From Planctomycetota bacterium (GTDB lineage Bacteria; Planctomycetota; JAJSAM01; JAJVHW01): a DNA stretch of 64,000 nucleotides. The notes under the pieces are model-generated. The model worked only from the letters and a program-made list of their open reading frames with translations. It was not told the origin of the DNA and did not search any database. Location of the stretch: contig CBDFJG010000003.1 of NCBI GenBank assembly GCA_965248445.1, positions 384,001 through 448,000 of the forward strand. The letters run 5' to 3'. The translations under genes and the position numbers were made by a program. Below, in pieces: positions 48,955-58,340 of the stretch (the first letter of the stretch is position 1; the number at the start of each line of letters is the position of its first letter).

Positions 48955-49368
48955 CTAGGAGCCCGCGACGACCTCGACCTTCATTCGGTCCGGGTCTTCG
49001 CAGAACAGCGCGTGGACGTCCGGTCCGCCCGCGTGCGGATAACGGTCCTCGTAGAGCAACGGCACGCCGCGCTCACGGAGTTCCTCGCGCAGCGTGTCCA
49101 CCGTGCCGGCTGTCTCGACAGAGAACGCCAGGTGGTTCAGGCCTGGACCGCCGCGGTGATAGGGTCGCTCCGCATGCCGCTCCTCCGCGGCGACGAAGAC
49201 GATGTACGTCTCGGCGCTCCGGTAGCTCCGCCCGCCGGGCCAGTCCTGGAACTGCGCCCACCCGAGGCGTGGCAGGAACCAGTCCCAGAAAGCGAGCGAG
49301 GCCGCGAGGTCCCGGACGTTCACCTCGACGTGGGAGAGTCCGGCGGGGCGCGTGGGTCTCGAGGGCAT
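48955..49368 (-). CDS. VOC/glyoxalase family protein
   Basis: LSHVEVNVRDLAASLAFW, GLNHLAF and FCEDPDRMKVEV. Confidence 0.9.
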   Translation of the reverse strand: MPSRPTRPAGLSHVEVNVRDLAASLAFWDWFLPRLGWAQFQDWPGGRSYRSAETYIVFVAAEERHAERPYHRGGPGLNHLAFSVETAGTVDTLREELRERGVPLLYEDRYPHAGGPDVHALFCEDPDRMKVEVVAGS

Positions 49369-49505
49369 GGGAGCGCGATGGAGTGTCGCGTCGCCACGGC
49401 TGGTGCCGAGGCTCCATCGGAGCCTGTCGTGAGATGGTTCCGGGCTCTCTGGGGCGCCCGCGGCCACAATCGGAGCGGACCGATTGGGAGGAGTGAGCGC
49501 ACGCG

Positions 49506-52202
49506 GTGAAGGGTCTCGAACGCACTCTTGGGCTGCATCACGTGGTCGCGATCAGCCTGGGTGCCATGCTCGGGAGCGGGGTCTTCGTGCTCCCGGGGCT
49601 CGCCGCGGCGAAGACGGGGCCGTCCGTCTGGCTGGCCTACCTGGCCGCCGGGATCTGCGTCCTGCCGGCGGCGCTGGCCAAGGCCGAAATGGCAACGGCG
49701 ATGCCGACCTCAGGCGGCACGTACGTGTACGTCGACCGGGCGTTCGGGCCGCTCGCGGGCACTGTCAGCGGTCTGGGACTCTGGCTCTCGATGCTGCTGA
49801 AGAGCTCGTTCGCGCTGGTGGGCTTCGGCGCGTACCTCGGCGCCCTCGGGGTCGAGGACATCCTGCCGCTGCGTCCGACGGCGCTCGCGGTTCTGGCGGC
49901 GATCGTGACCCTGAATCTCGCCGGCGTCCGCAAGGTCGGGAAGGTGATGCTCTGGATCGTGACCCTCGCGGTCGGCGGGCTGGTGTTCCTGGCCGTCGGG
50001 TCGCACGTCGTCGGCGAGGCCGTCGAGCAGGGGCCGTTCCTGACCGACGGGATGGGGGGCTTCGTCGCCGCGGCCGCGTTCGTGTTCGTGTCGTACGCCG
50101 GAGTGACCAAGGTCGCCGCGATCGCAGAGGAGGTGCGCAACCCCGGCCGCAACCTGCCTGCCGGGATGATCATCTCGCTGGTGGCGGCTGGACTGCTGTA
50201 CGCCTTGGTCGGGTTCGCACTGGTGAAGTTCGTCCCGCAGAGCGCCCTCCAGTCGGACCTGCGGCCGATCCACACACTTGCCGAGACGGTGGGTGGCCGT
50301 TGGGTCGGTCTCGTGTTCGCGGGACTCGGTGTCGTCACGATGCTCTCGATGGCGAACGCCGGCGTCCTCGCGTCGTCGCGGTTTCCGTACGCGATGTCGC
50401 GCGACAGACTCCTCCCGGACGTGCTCGCACGCGTCAGCGGTCGATTCGGCACGCCCACGATCGCGATCTTCGCGACCGCGGTCCCCATGACGCTCGCCAT
50501 CCTGTTCTTGGACGTCGCCGGCATCGCGAAGCTCGCGAGTCTGTTCAAGATCCTCATCTTCGGGGTCGTGAACGTCGCGCTCATCGTGCTGCGCGAGAGT
50601 GGCTCGACGTGGTACCGGCCGACGTTCCGGATACCGCTCTATCCGGCGGTGCCGATCCTGGGCGTCATCGCCTGCGGCGTGCTTCTCAGCGTCATGGGGC
50701 TGACGGCGGTCTGGGCGACCGCCGCCATCGTTGTCCTCGGCGTGCTGCTGTACGCGGTGTTCGGCCGTCGGCGTGCCGATCGCATGGGCATTGTCGAGAA
50801 GCTGTCCGCACGGAAGGGCGTGGTCGGAGACGCGGCCGAGGAGGAACACGGGCACGATCGCGCCGCCGTCGCCGTTGCGCTGATGGGCTGGGAGCGGTCC
50901 CCGGAGGCGCTCGTCGAGGTCGGTGCCGCGCTCGCTGACGGCCGCGAAATCGAGGTCATCCGGCTGAACGAGTTGCCGGCACAGATCCCCGTGACGGGTA
51001 GCGATCGAAACGTAGCCATCGTGCGGTCGCTGCGGCGCCGCATCCAGGCCATGGCGCGCGAGCGCGATCTCGATCTGCACTTCGACTCCGTGGTCACGCA
51101 CGACCTGGTGGAGACGGCACACCAGATCACGACGCGCTTCGCTTGCGAGTGGCTCGTCATCGCGTGGCGTGGTCGGCGCGCGCGATACAGGTTCCTGTTC
51201 ACAAGCCCCCTCGGGTGGCTCGTGAACCACCTGGACAGCAACCTGGCGCTGTTCCGAGATCGCGGGGTCCGCTACATCCGCAAGGTCCTCGTGTCCGCGG
51301 AGCCGGGTCCGGACGATGCGCTTGTCGTCCGCACCGCAGACCACTTGGTGGCGCTCCATGGTGCGACGCTCACGTTCCTGCGGTTCCAGCGTCCGAACGC
51401 AACCGAGGAGCAGGAGCGGAGCCGCAGCGCATACATCGAAGAGCTCGGCGGCATGTGCAAGTCTCCGTTCGAGGTTCTCACCGTCCGCGGAGCCGACCGG
51501 ATACGCAGTCTGGTCGAGACGACGGCGTCCTTCGATTTGCTGGTCACGGGCGCGCCCGCCTGGAAGTCGTTCTTCGGACAGTTCCGGGGCACCGACAAGG
51601 AGCGCATCATCGAGGGCGCCGCGTGCTCGGTGCTGATGCTCAAGACCCCGCCTGGGCGGACGCACGAAGTGCACGTCGAGGCGCCGGCAACCGCGACAGG
51701 CGAGTCGAAGGAGTTCGACCTGCTGCCTTTGTTGGTCGGCCGGTGCGTCGGCGCCCGCGTCCGCGTGCGGGACAAATCGGTGCTGTTCCGGCTGCTCGCA
51801 AAGCGATTTGCGCAAGCCACGGCGAGCCAGGACCCGCGGGTCATTCACGATGCCCTGTTGAAGCGCGAACGAACGCAGCACACGGGAATCGGACAGGGCC
51901 TGGCGTTCCCGCACTGCACGATCCCGGACCTCGATCGCACGTACGTGGGTGTGTTCGCGCTCGCGTCACCGATCGACTATGGACGTCCGGACGGCGAGAC
52001 CGTTGACGTCGTGTTCGCGTCGATCGGTCCACCGCACGATCGTCAAACGCACTTGCAGATCCTCGCCGAGTTCTCGGCGCTCGTTCTGCGCACGTCGATC
52101 GTCGAGCAACTCCGTGCGGCGCGCAACCGCGCGGCAATCCTGGATGCGCTCGCGGCCGGCCTCGCGGAGTTGCACCGCGCATCCGGCCTGCACACCGCGT
52201 GA
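49506..52202 (+). CDS. APC-family amino acid permease fused to USP-like domains and a PTS EIIA domain
   Basis: GAMLGSGVFVLPG, AEMATAMPTSGGTY and EEVRNPGRNLP. USP-like DLLVTGA...IIEGAACSVLMLK. EIIA RERTQHTGIGQGLAFPH. Confidence 0.85.
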   Translation: MKGLERTLGLHHVVAISLGAMLGSGVFVLPGLAAAKTGPSVWLAYLAAGICVLPAALAKAEMATAMPTSGGTYVYVDRAFGPLAGTVSGLGLWLSMLLKSSFALVGFGAYLGALGVEDILPLRPTALAVLAAIVTLNLAGVRKVGKVMLWIVTLAVGGLVFLAVGSHVVGEAVEQGPFLTDGMGGFVAAAAFVFVSYAGVTKVAAIAEEVRNPGRNLPAGMIISLVAAGLLYALVGFALVKFVPQSALQSDLRPIHTLAETVGGRWVGLVFAGLGVVTMLSMANAGVLASSRFPYAMSRDRLLPDVLARVSGRFGTPTIAIFATAVPMTLAILFLDVAGIAKLASLFKILIFGVVNVALIVLRESGSTWYRPTFRIPLYPAVPILGVIACGVLLSVMGLTAVWATAAIVVLGVLLYAVFGRRRADRMGIVEKLSARKGVVGDAAEEEHGHDRAAVAVALMGWERSPEALVEVGAALADGREIEVIRLNELPAQIPVTGSDRNVAIVRSLRRRIQAMARERDLDLHFDSVVTHDLVETAHQITTRFACEWLVIAWRGRRARYRFLFTSPLGWLVNHLDSNLALFRDRGVRYIRKVLVSAEPGPDDALVVRTADHLVALHGATLTFLRFQRPNATEEQERSRSAYIEELGGMCKSPFEVLTVRGADRIRSLVETTASFDLLVTGAPAWKSFFGQFRGTDKERIIEGAACSVLMLKTPPGRTHEVHVEAPATATGESKEFDLLPLLVGRCVGARVRVRDKSVLFRLLAKRFAQATASQDPRVIHDALLKRERTQHTGIGQGLAFPHCTIPDLDRTYVGVFALASPIDYGRPDGETVDVVFASIGPPHDRQTHLQILAEFSALVLRTSIVEQLRAARNRAAILDALAAGLAELHRASGLHTA

Positions 52203-52226
52203 CCGCGTCTCGCGTCCACATGCGTT

Positions 52227-52309
52227 GTGGCGTTGGCTCCGCAGAGCCAACCCTCTTACGAACAACTCGCAGATTCGGCCAGGCTCAACCGTGTTCGTCG
52301 GGAGTCGCC
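52227..52309 (+). repeat. About 83-bp intergenic repeat, copy 1 (GGCGTTGGCTC hairpin end)
   Basis: Aligns with 55321-55402. Begins with hairpin GTTGGCTC-cgca-GAGCCAAC. Confidence 0.85.
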
Positions 52310-52477
52310 TGTCTTCAAGGAACTGCGCCCCAAGGGCGGCGGGATGCCCGGCGTCGTCCATGTCGAGAATGCAGCCAATTGCCATCCCGACTTCCGCGGG
52401 TGGTTCGTGGGTACCCGTTTTCAGCCCTTGTGACTGGGGCTGGATCCAGATCGCCGCGCGACCCGTAGTGGAACCCG

Positions 52478-55027
52478 TCAGTACTTGAGCGTGCGCTTGT
52501 TCGCAGGCGACATGCGGATGTCCACGCTGCGGCTGTCCTGCCCGACCGCGATCTGGATGTTGTAGGGACCCTCGCCCGGCAGCGCGCCGAGCGTGAGTCC
52601 CTTGGCCTTAAGGAGCACCTGTTCCCTCAGGAAGTTGATCTGGAGCTTCGACACGCCCGGCGCGGACGGCGGGTTCCGGGCCACGTACACATCGCCCTTG
52701 CGGGTGAACTCGTTGCCCGGGATCGTCGCCTCGAACACTCCGCCGACCGAGATCGTCACGTCCGGCGCGGTGTCGGGCGTTCCGCCCTGCGTCGCCAGGC
52801 CCGCCAGGATCGACAACACGTCCTTGCCGTCGCCCTTGTGGACCTGCTTGACCTTGAACGGGAACACGTTCGGATTACTCAGCAGACCGCGGCGCTTGCC
52901 GAGCCTGTACCTGCCGCGCTCGAGCTCGACCGTCCCCGCGCCGGTGGCGCTCGCCGTCTCGAACTCGATCGTGATGTCACCCGAGTCCGGGACCTGGCCC
53001 ATGAAGTCGTCGGTGATCGTCAGCCTGAATTTGGCGCGCGAACTCCCGGAACGGTTCGGCTTGATGAGCAGGCGGGCGCCGCCGGACTTGAACTGGAACT
53101 TCGTGCCCTTGGTGTTCGGTTCGAGGTTCGCGGTGTACCCGAGGTCGCCGATCCTCACCGTCGCTGGTCCGGCCAGCGAGGCGCGTTCCGGTCCGGTGTC
53201 GAAGAACCCCGCGGCGTTGATCTTCGACTTCGCGGGGTTGTTCTCATTGAGCTTGACCTTCACCGTCTTTGGCAGGACGAACGACTGGATCGTGCCCGAT
53301 GCGTGGATCAGCAGCGACACGTCGCCACTCGTGCCGCCGATCGCGTCGCCGGACACGATGATCGCGTTCGTCGCGTCGATCAGCGCGCCGGAACCGCCGA
53401 AGCTCTCGAGCAGGATGCCGCCGGAGTCGATATCGCTCGAGAGCGTCGTGATCATCGCGTCCACCACGAGGATATCGCCGCCCTCCGAGATCATCGTGAC
53501 GTCGCCGGCGTTCCCTGCCTCCGCGTCGCCGGCGAACGAGATGTCGCCTTCGCAGTGCATCAGCAGGTCGCCGGAGCTCGCGTTGATCGTCGCTTGTAGG
53601 TCGATGCCGGCGGACCCCGCGACGAGCGATACGGCGTTGCCGAACACCTGCGGGCGCGGTCCCACGATCACGACCTCGGGAAAGCCGGTGCCCTGCACGG
53701 CCGCGATGCGCCCCGACGCGCCGACATCGACGTCGGAGTTCACGCTCTCGAGGTACGGGACGCCGTCCAGCAGCACTTCGCCGCCGAAGGCGCGGACCAC
53801 GACATCGCCGTCCTGGGCGCGGCAAAAACTGGCCCCCCAGACACGGACGTTCTGCGCGGACTCGACGAGGATGCCCCCGGCGCGTATGCACTCGACGCGC
53901 GCCTCCAGGCGGTCCGCGTCGTTGTCGAGCTCGACGCTCCCGCTGTGTGCGGAGACGCGGACGCCGCCGGCACCCTCCGACACAATCGCCCCGTAGTCGG
54001 AGACCACGACGGAGCCGCTCGCGGCAACGACCACCTCGCCGTCGCCCTCGGGTCCGCCGAAGGCGAGCCCGTCGGCGGCGTACACGCGGTTGCCGGCGAT
54101 CTCGACGTCCCCCCCGAACGCTTCGACCCGCAGGTCCGCAGCGAGGACGGTGATCGGCGAGTTCTGCAAGACCACGTCCTCCGAGGCCTCGATCAGCATG
54201 CGTCCGAACGTGTTGCTGCTCGTCTGGTCGAAGTCGATGTCGCCGCCGAACGCCTGCACGAGGGTCCTGACGGCGTCGAGAATGGTCGAGTCGAGGGAGA
54301 TGTGCGTCGACGACTGGATCTCCATGAACGAACCGGTCGTATCGAGAATGGAGTTGGCAATGTCGACTCCGTTGAGTCCCGACGTCGTTCCGTGCGAGCG
54401 GATGAAGAACTCCGAGCCCACCAGTTCGGCGGCGTGCGTCGGGGTGACTCCGTCCATGGGGACCATCTGGACGCCGATATCCACGCGATCCGCTTCGAGG
54501 GTCACGTGCAGCCCTCCGGTCTCGATGCCGGTGACGGGCGTGCTCCCCATGTCGTAGATCACGATCTCGTCGCCCGCGATGATCTCGATCTGTCCGAGGA
54601 TCACGCTGGTCTCGAGCCGTCCGGCAATCCGCACGGAGCCGGTCGCACGGATCGTCACCGCGTCGTCGTACGTGATGACCGAACCGTTCTCGACCGTGAA
54701 GTCCGTGTAGTTGTATGTGCCTCCGGGCAGCGACTGCGTGCTGTCGAGGGTCACCGCGCCGTCGCTGCCGTTCCCGGTGCTTGGCTTCTCCGGTAGCGGT
54801 CCCCCGTTCGCGCCCTGTGGCGGGATCGTGCCGAGCGGCGGCTTCGCGGGCGGCGTTGCCTCCGGCGCGCACTCGTCGATGGTGACGACGCCCTGCGCGT
54901 CCGCGGCACCAGCGTCGATCACGGCGCACGTCGTCACGATGGTGCCGACTCCGCCTGCGACGCTCGCGCAGAACAGGACGGTTGCCGCCGTGGCGGCAAG
55001 AGAGCTCCACCTGAGTCCTCGCATCAT
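52478..55027 (-). CDS. Large exported beta-helix/adhesin-like protein
   Basis: Signal-like N-terminus, many short beta-repeat units (VxAFGGxV, GDVxxxS) and a basic beta-rich C-terminal domain. Start set at ATG 55027 after AAGGGGA. Confidence 0.65.
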   Translation of the reverse strand: MMRGLRWSSLAATAATVLFCASVAGGVGTIVTTCAVIDAGAADAQGVVTIDECAPEATPPAKPPLGTIPPQGANGGPLPEKPSTGNGSDGAVTLDSTQSLPGGTYNYTDFTVENGSVITYDDAVTIRATGSVRIAGRLETSVILGQIEIIAGDEIVIYDMGSTPVTGIETGGLHVTLEADRVDIGVQMVPMDGVTPTHAAELVGSEFFIRSHGTTSGLNGVDIANSILDTTGSFMEIQSSTHISLDSTILDAVRTLVQAFGGDIDFDQTSSNTFGRMLIEASEDVVLQNSPITVLAADLRVEAFGGDVEIAGNRVYAADGLAFGGPEGDGEVVVAASGSVVVSDYGAIVSEGAGGVRVSAHSGSVELDNDADRLEARVECIRAGGILVESAQNVRVWGASFCRAQDGDVVVRAFGGEVLLDGVPYLESVNSDVDVGASGRIAAVQGTGFPEVVIVGPRPQVFGNAVSLVAGSAGIDLQATINASSGDLLMHCEGDISFAGDAEAGNAGDVTMISEGGDILVVDAMITTLSSDIDSGGILLESFGGSGALIDATNAIIVSGDAIGGTSGDVSLLIHASGTIQSFVLPKTVKVKLNENNPAKSKINAAGFFDTGPERASLAGPATVRIGDLGYTANLEPNTKGTKFQFKSGGARLLIKPNRSGSSRAKFRLTITDDFMGQVPDSGDITIEFETASATGAGTVELERGRYRLGKRRGLLSNPNVFPFKVKQVHKGDGKDVLSILAGLATQGGTPDTAPDVTISVGGVFEATIPGNEFTRKGDVYVARNPPSAPGVSKLQINFLREQVLLKAKGLTLGALPGEGPYNIQIAVGQDSRSVDIRMSPANKRTLKY

Positions 55028-55320
55028 CGTTCCCCTTGACCTGCCGAGAGGAGACGGATTCGGCGGTGCACTTCCCGCCTGTTCCCCCTGGGGTCCAAGG
55101 CGTCGAAAGCTGTTAACCAACGACGGCGCGTTCTGGTGAGCAATCGAGAGTTCGAGACGGAACGGACCGATTCCGGCGCTGTCGCGGGGTGTTGCGTCTG
55201 GACCCGAGAGCGAACGGGTGCGAACCGAGAGTCGGCCGTTGCGCGTAACCGTGTGCGGGCGCGGGACATGCGCGCGTTCTCTGCAAGGCGTTAACCACCC
55301 GGTCGGTTGGTTCGCGCGGG

Positions 55321-55530
55321 GTGGCGTTGGCTCCCCAGAGCCAACCCTCTTCAGAACCACTCGCAGAGTCGGCGAGGCTCAATCGGCTCGTTCGGGGTCG
55401 CCAGCGCGGCCATCGGCACGCAGGCGGGATGTACCCGCGATCGCTTGCTGGACATAGGCCAGGCCCCTCGTGACGGGAGGCCTGCCCATCGGGGCCGCGC
55501 GGGCCACGAGAGCATTCATGCACCAACGCC
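55321..55530 (+). mobile_element. Putative MITE-like element (repeat copy 2 plus right-end motif)
   Basis: Starts GGCGTTGG (55323) and ends GCATTCATGCACCAACGCC (55530). No convincing ORF and no target duplication seen. Confidence 0.5.
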
Positions 55531-55543
55531 GGTCTGCCTTCCC

Positions 55544-58006
55544 TTACTGACCCCACATCGCCCGCAACGCACTGCCCGCCGCGACACGCAGCGAGGAGTC
55601 GGCCGTGTCATCACGGCCCACGGCATCGACGACGGGCGCTGCGTCGAGTGCCGCTGGGCCGAGTTCCCGCAGAGCTTCGATCGCGTGGAAGCGCAGAGCC
55701 CAGTGCTGTGCGTCGTCGGCGACGAGATCCGTGATGACCTGTAGCGCCGGGTCGTTGGCGGTCTGGGAGATCTGCAGCGCCGCCTGTGCGGCGCGCAGCC
55801 GCAGGTGCGGGTCGTCGGACTTCATGAGCGGCCGGAGCGTGTCCGGTCCGTGGAAGGCGACGCGCCCGATGCGCCCGAGGGCGCGCGCCACGACTGCGCG
55901 AGTCAGGTTCGCACGCGCGCTCTCGTCGATGCCGCCGCCCCAGAAGGAGACGCTCCCGAACCCCACCGGGAGTTCGTAGCTCGCGAGCTCTGCGTCGTTG
56001 CGTGCCAGCAACTCTCGCAGGACCGGCACGGCGCCCTCCGCCGTAGGGCCGATCCCGCCGAGTGCCTGCACGCATTCCAGGTCGCCGGCCGTGGCGCGCA
56101 CCACCATGAGCGGCACTGCCGGCCGCGCAAGCTCGCCGAGACCGCCGAGTGCGCGGAGGGCCAGCCGGCGCGTCTCGGCGGACTCCTCGAGGTTCCGGAG
56201 GGAGCGGTCGAGTAGCGGATCGAGCGCGCCGGGGCCCATCTGGCCGAGCGCGTCGGCAACCGGCTCCGCACTCTCCCCCGGAGGACCGTCGATCACGGCC
56301 AGCATCACGTCCAGCGCCGCCCCCGCGGCCTCCGGGCCGATCGCACCGATCACCGTCGCCGCCTGCGGCATCCGCGGACCTTCGCCGGCGATCAGCGTTG
56401 CCATCTCGGGCGCGACGGGCAACGCTGCGCGCCCCATGCGCCGAAGCACGTCGAGCGCGAGGACGGCCCGCGGCTCCGCCGGCCCGCTCGCAGCCTCGAC
56501 GAGCGCCGCCAGGTTCTCGTCCGTCGCAGCGTGCGGACCGAGCGCCCGGGTCACCTCGTAGTGCACGTGCGTGAGCTTGACGGGGCGACCATCCTCGTGG
56601 GCATCGTCCCAGGCATCGAGGATCTCGGCGACCGGCGCGTCGCGGGACCGCGCGAGGTCGAGCAAGCGCGCCCGGGCCTGGTCGCCGTAGGGTTCGAGTT
56701 CCCCGTAGAGCCGGGCGATGCGAAACAGCGTCGGCACGTCGTCCGCGAGTTCGGGCTGGGCGCGCCACCGCGCCGCAAGGGCCCACTCCGGCAGGCCGTA
56801 GACCTCGCTCGTCTCGAGTTCACGCAGGCGGGAAGCCGCGTCCGCCGGCGGCCCGAGGACCGTCAGCGCTTGCACCGCCGCCCTCAGCACCCTCGCGTCG
56901 GCGTCCATGAGTGCCCGCACCAGCGCCGCGACTGCGTCGTCAGGGCTGCGCCCGATCCGCCTGAGCGCACGCACGGCCGACAGCCGCACCTCCGGCGCCG
57001 GGTCCTCGGTGACGAGACGCGCAACGTCCGGGACAGCCGCGCGCGCGCCGTCCCCCAGCTCGGCGAGCGCGTTGACCGCGACACGCCGGGCTCGCGGGGT
57101 TTCGTACGTCAGGAACTCCCTCAGCGTCTCGACGGTCTGCGGGTCCTCGGGCGCCACCCGCGCCAGGGCTCCGATCGCGGCCGACCGCTGTCCGGGATCG
57201 GTGGTCGAGAGCGCCTCGCGCACGGCCGCGACGACCTCCTCGCCGGCCGGACCGTTCCTACCGAGCCGCTCGATGACGGCCGCGCGCACGGACGCGGAAC
57301 GGTGGCGCGCCTCGGCCAGCAGGAGCGGCGTCGCCTCGCGCAGCCCGTGGCGGATGGCGTCGAGCGCCTGAGGCACGGAGTAGGACCCGCTGGTCACCTC
57401 GTAGAGCGTGATGAGTGCCGGGATCGCCGGCCGCGCGCCCGGGCCGATGTCCTCGAGCGCTCCTGCCGCGCGCTCGTAGACGTGACGGTCCGGGTCGCCC
57501 AGGGCCCAGACGAGCTCAGGGACGGCAGGCGCGGCGCCCTTGCGTAAGCGCCGGAGCGCCGCGGCGGCGTCGCTGCGGTCCGCCGCATCAGGCGACACCA
57601 ATCTACGGCGCAGAGCATCGTGGCCGCCCTCGGTCGACAGTTCGGCGAGCACGAGCGTTGCCTGGCAGCGCAGGGCGATCACAGGATCGCGCGAGCGGGC
57701 GCCCCGCTCCATCGCGGCGCGCATCTCGCCGACGCGCAGCGGTTCGAACACCAGCACGCGCGAGGCTGCCCTGCGAGCGAGGTCGTCCTGGCTGGCGAGC
57801 GCGGCGGCAAGGGCGGCGAAGGCGCGCTGGCCCTCGTCGCCTCCGGCGCGGACCTGCCGGTGGAGCGTCATGGCGGCGTCGCGCCGTTGCTCGCGAGTGC
57901 CGGTCTGCAGCGGAGCGGCGTCCTGGGCGGGGGCAACCGTGGCTCCGGCCACGAGAACGGCAGTGCTGATGGCGACGGCAACGGCGAGCCGAGCGGGCTT
58001 CTTCAT
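55544..58006 (-). CDS. Exported HEAT-repeat protein
   Basis: MKKPARLAVAVA signal peptide after GGAGGT, and many repeats of type AxxALGxIGPxAxxAVPxL. Confidence 0.85.
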   Translation of the reverse strand: MKKPARLAVAVAISTAVLVAGATVAPAQDAAPLQTGTREQRRDAAMTLHRQVRAGGDEGQRAFAALAAALASQDDLARRAASRVLVFEPLRVGEMRAAMERGARSRDPVIALRCQATLVLAELSTEGGHDALRRRLVSPDAADRSDAAAALRRLRKGAAPAVPELVWALGDPDRHVYERAAGALEDIGPGARPAIPALITLYEVTSGSYSVPQALDAIRHGLREATPLLLAEARHRSASVRAAVIERLGRNGPAGEEVVAAVREALSTTDPGQRSAAIGALARVAPEDPQTVETLREFLTYETPRARRVAVNALAELGDGARAAVPDVARLVTEDPAPEVRLSAVRALRRIGRSPDDAVAALVRALMDADARVLRAAVQALTVLGPPADAASRLRELETSEVYGLPEWALAARWRAQPELADDVPTLFRIARLYGELEPYGDQARARLLDLARSRDAPVAEILDAWDDAHEDGRPVKLTHVHYEVTRALGPHAATDENLAALVEAASGPAEPRAVLALDVLRRMGRAALPVAPEMATLIAGEGPRMPQAATVIGAIGPEAAGAALDVMLAVIDGPPGESAEPVADALGQMGPGALDPLLDRSLRNLEESAETRRLALRALGGLGELARPAVPLMVVRATAGDLECVQALGGIGPTAEGAVPVLRELLARNDAELASYELPVGFGSVSFWGGGIDESARANLTRAVVARALGRIGRVAFHGPDTLRPLMKSDDPHLRLRAAQAALQISQTANDPALQVITDLVADDAQHWALRFHAIEALRELGPAALDAAPVVDAVGRDDTADSSLRVAAGSALRAMWGQ

Positions 58007-58074
58007 CGCGACCTCCGGGAGAGAGTCCCCATCAACCCTAACGTTCGGCGTCGTCGGGAACTTTGGTCGGGCGC

Positions 58075-58193
58075 GGCGTTGGTGCGTGAATGCCTCCTGG
58101 CGTCCGCGTGCTGCCAGTCGTGCCCGAGCCGAAGCCACGTCGCGCTGGCTCAGGCTCGGCAGACGCGCCGCCCGGCACTCATGCACCAACGCC
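58075..58193. mobile_element. 119-bp palindromic MITE/REP-like element with 20-bp terminal inverted repeats
   Basis: GGCGTTGGTGCGTGAATGCC ... GGCACTCATGCACCAACGCC (18/20 complementary), with further internal inverted repeats. Confidence 0.7.
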
Positions 58194-58340
58194 CCGAATC
58201 GGCCGCGGTGTCTACCGTGTTTCGCGTCGTTCGAGGCGAGACGCCGCCTCCCTTGGTTCGCGGCGTTCGACGGTGACGATCGTGTGACGCCGGGGACGAA
58301 CAACGGGCCCGTAACATCAACAGCGGATGGGAGAGCCGAC

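Noticed and set aside
52227..52433. 68-aa ORF starting in the repeat
   Set aside because: It coincides with the repeat/hairpin, the second copy diverges in frame after about 25 codons, and there is no clear RBS.
55095..55300. Two GTTAACCA motifs upstream of the adhesin-like gene
   Set aside because: They are only 8 bp and about 180 bp apart. They could be regulatory but are too weak to call.
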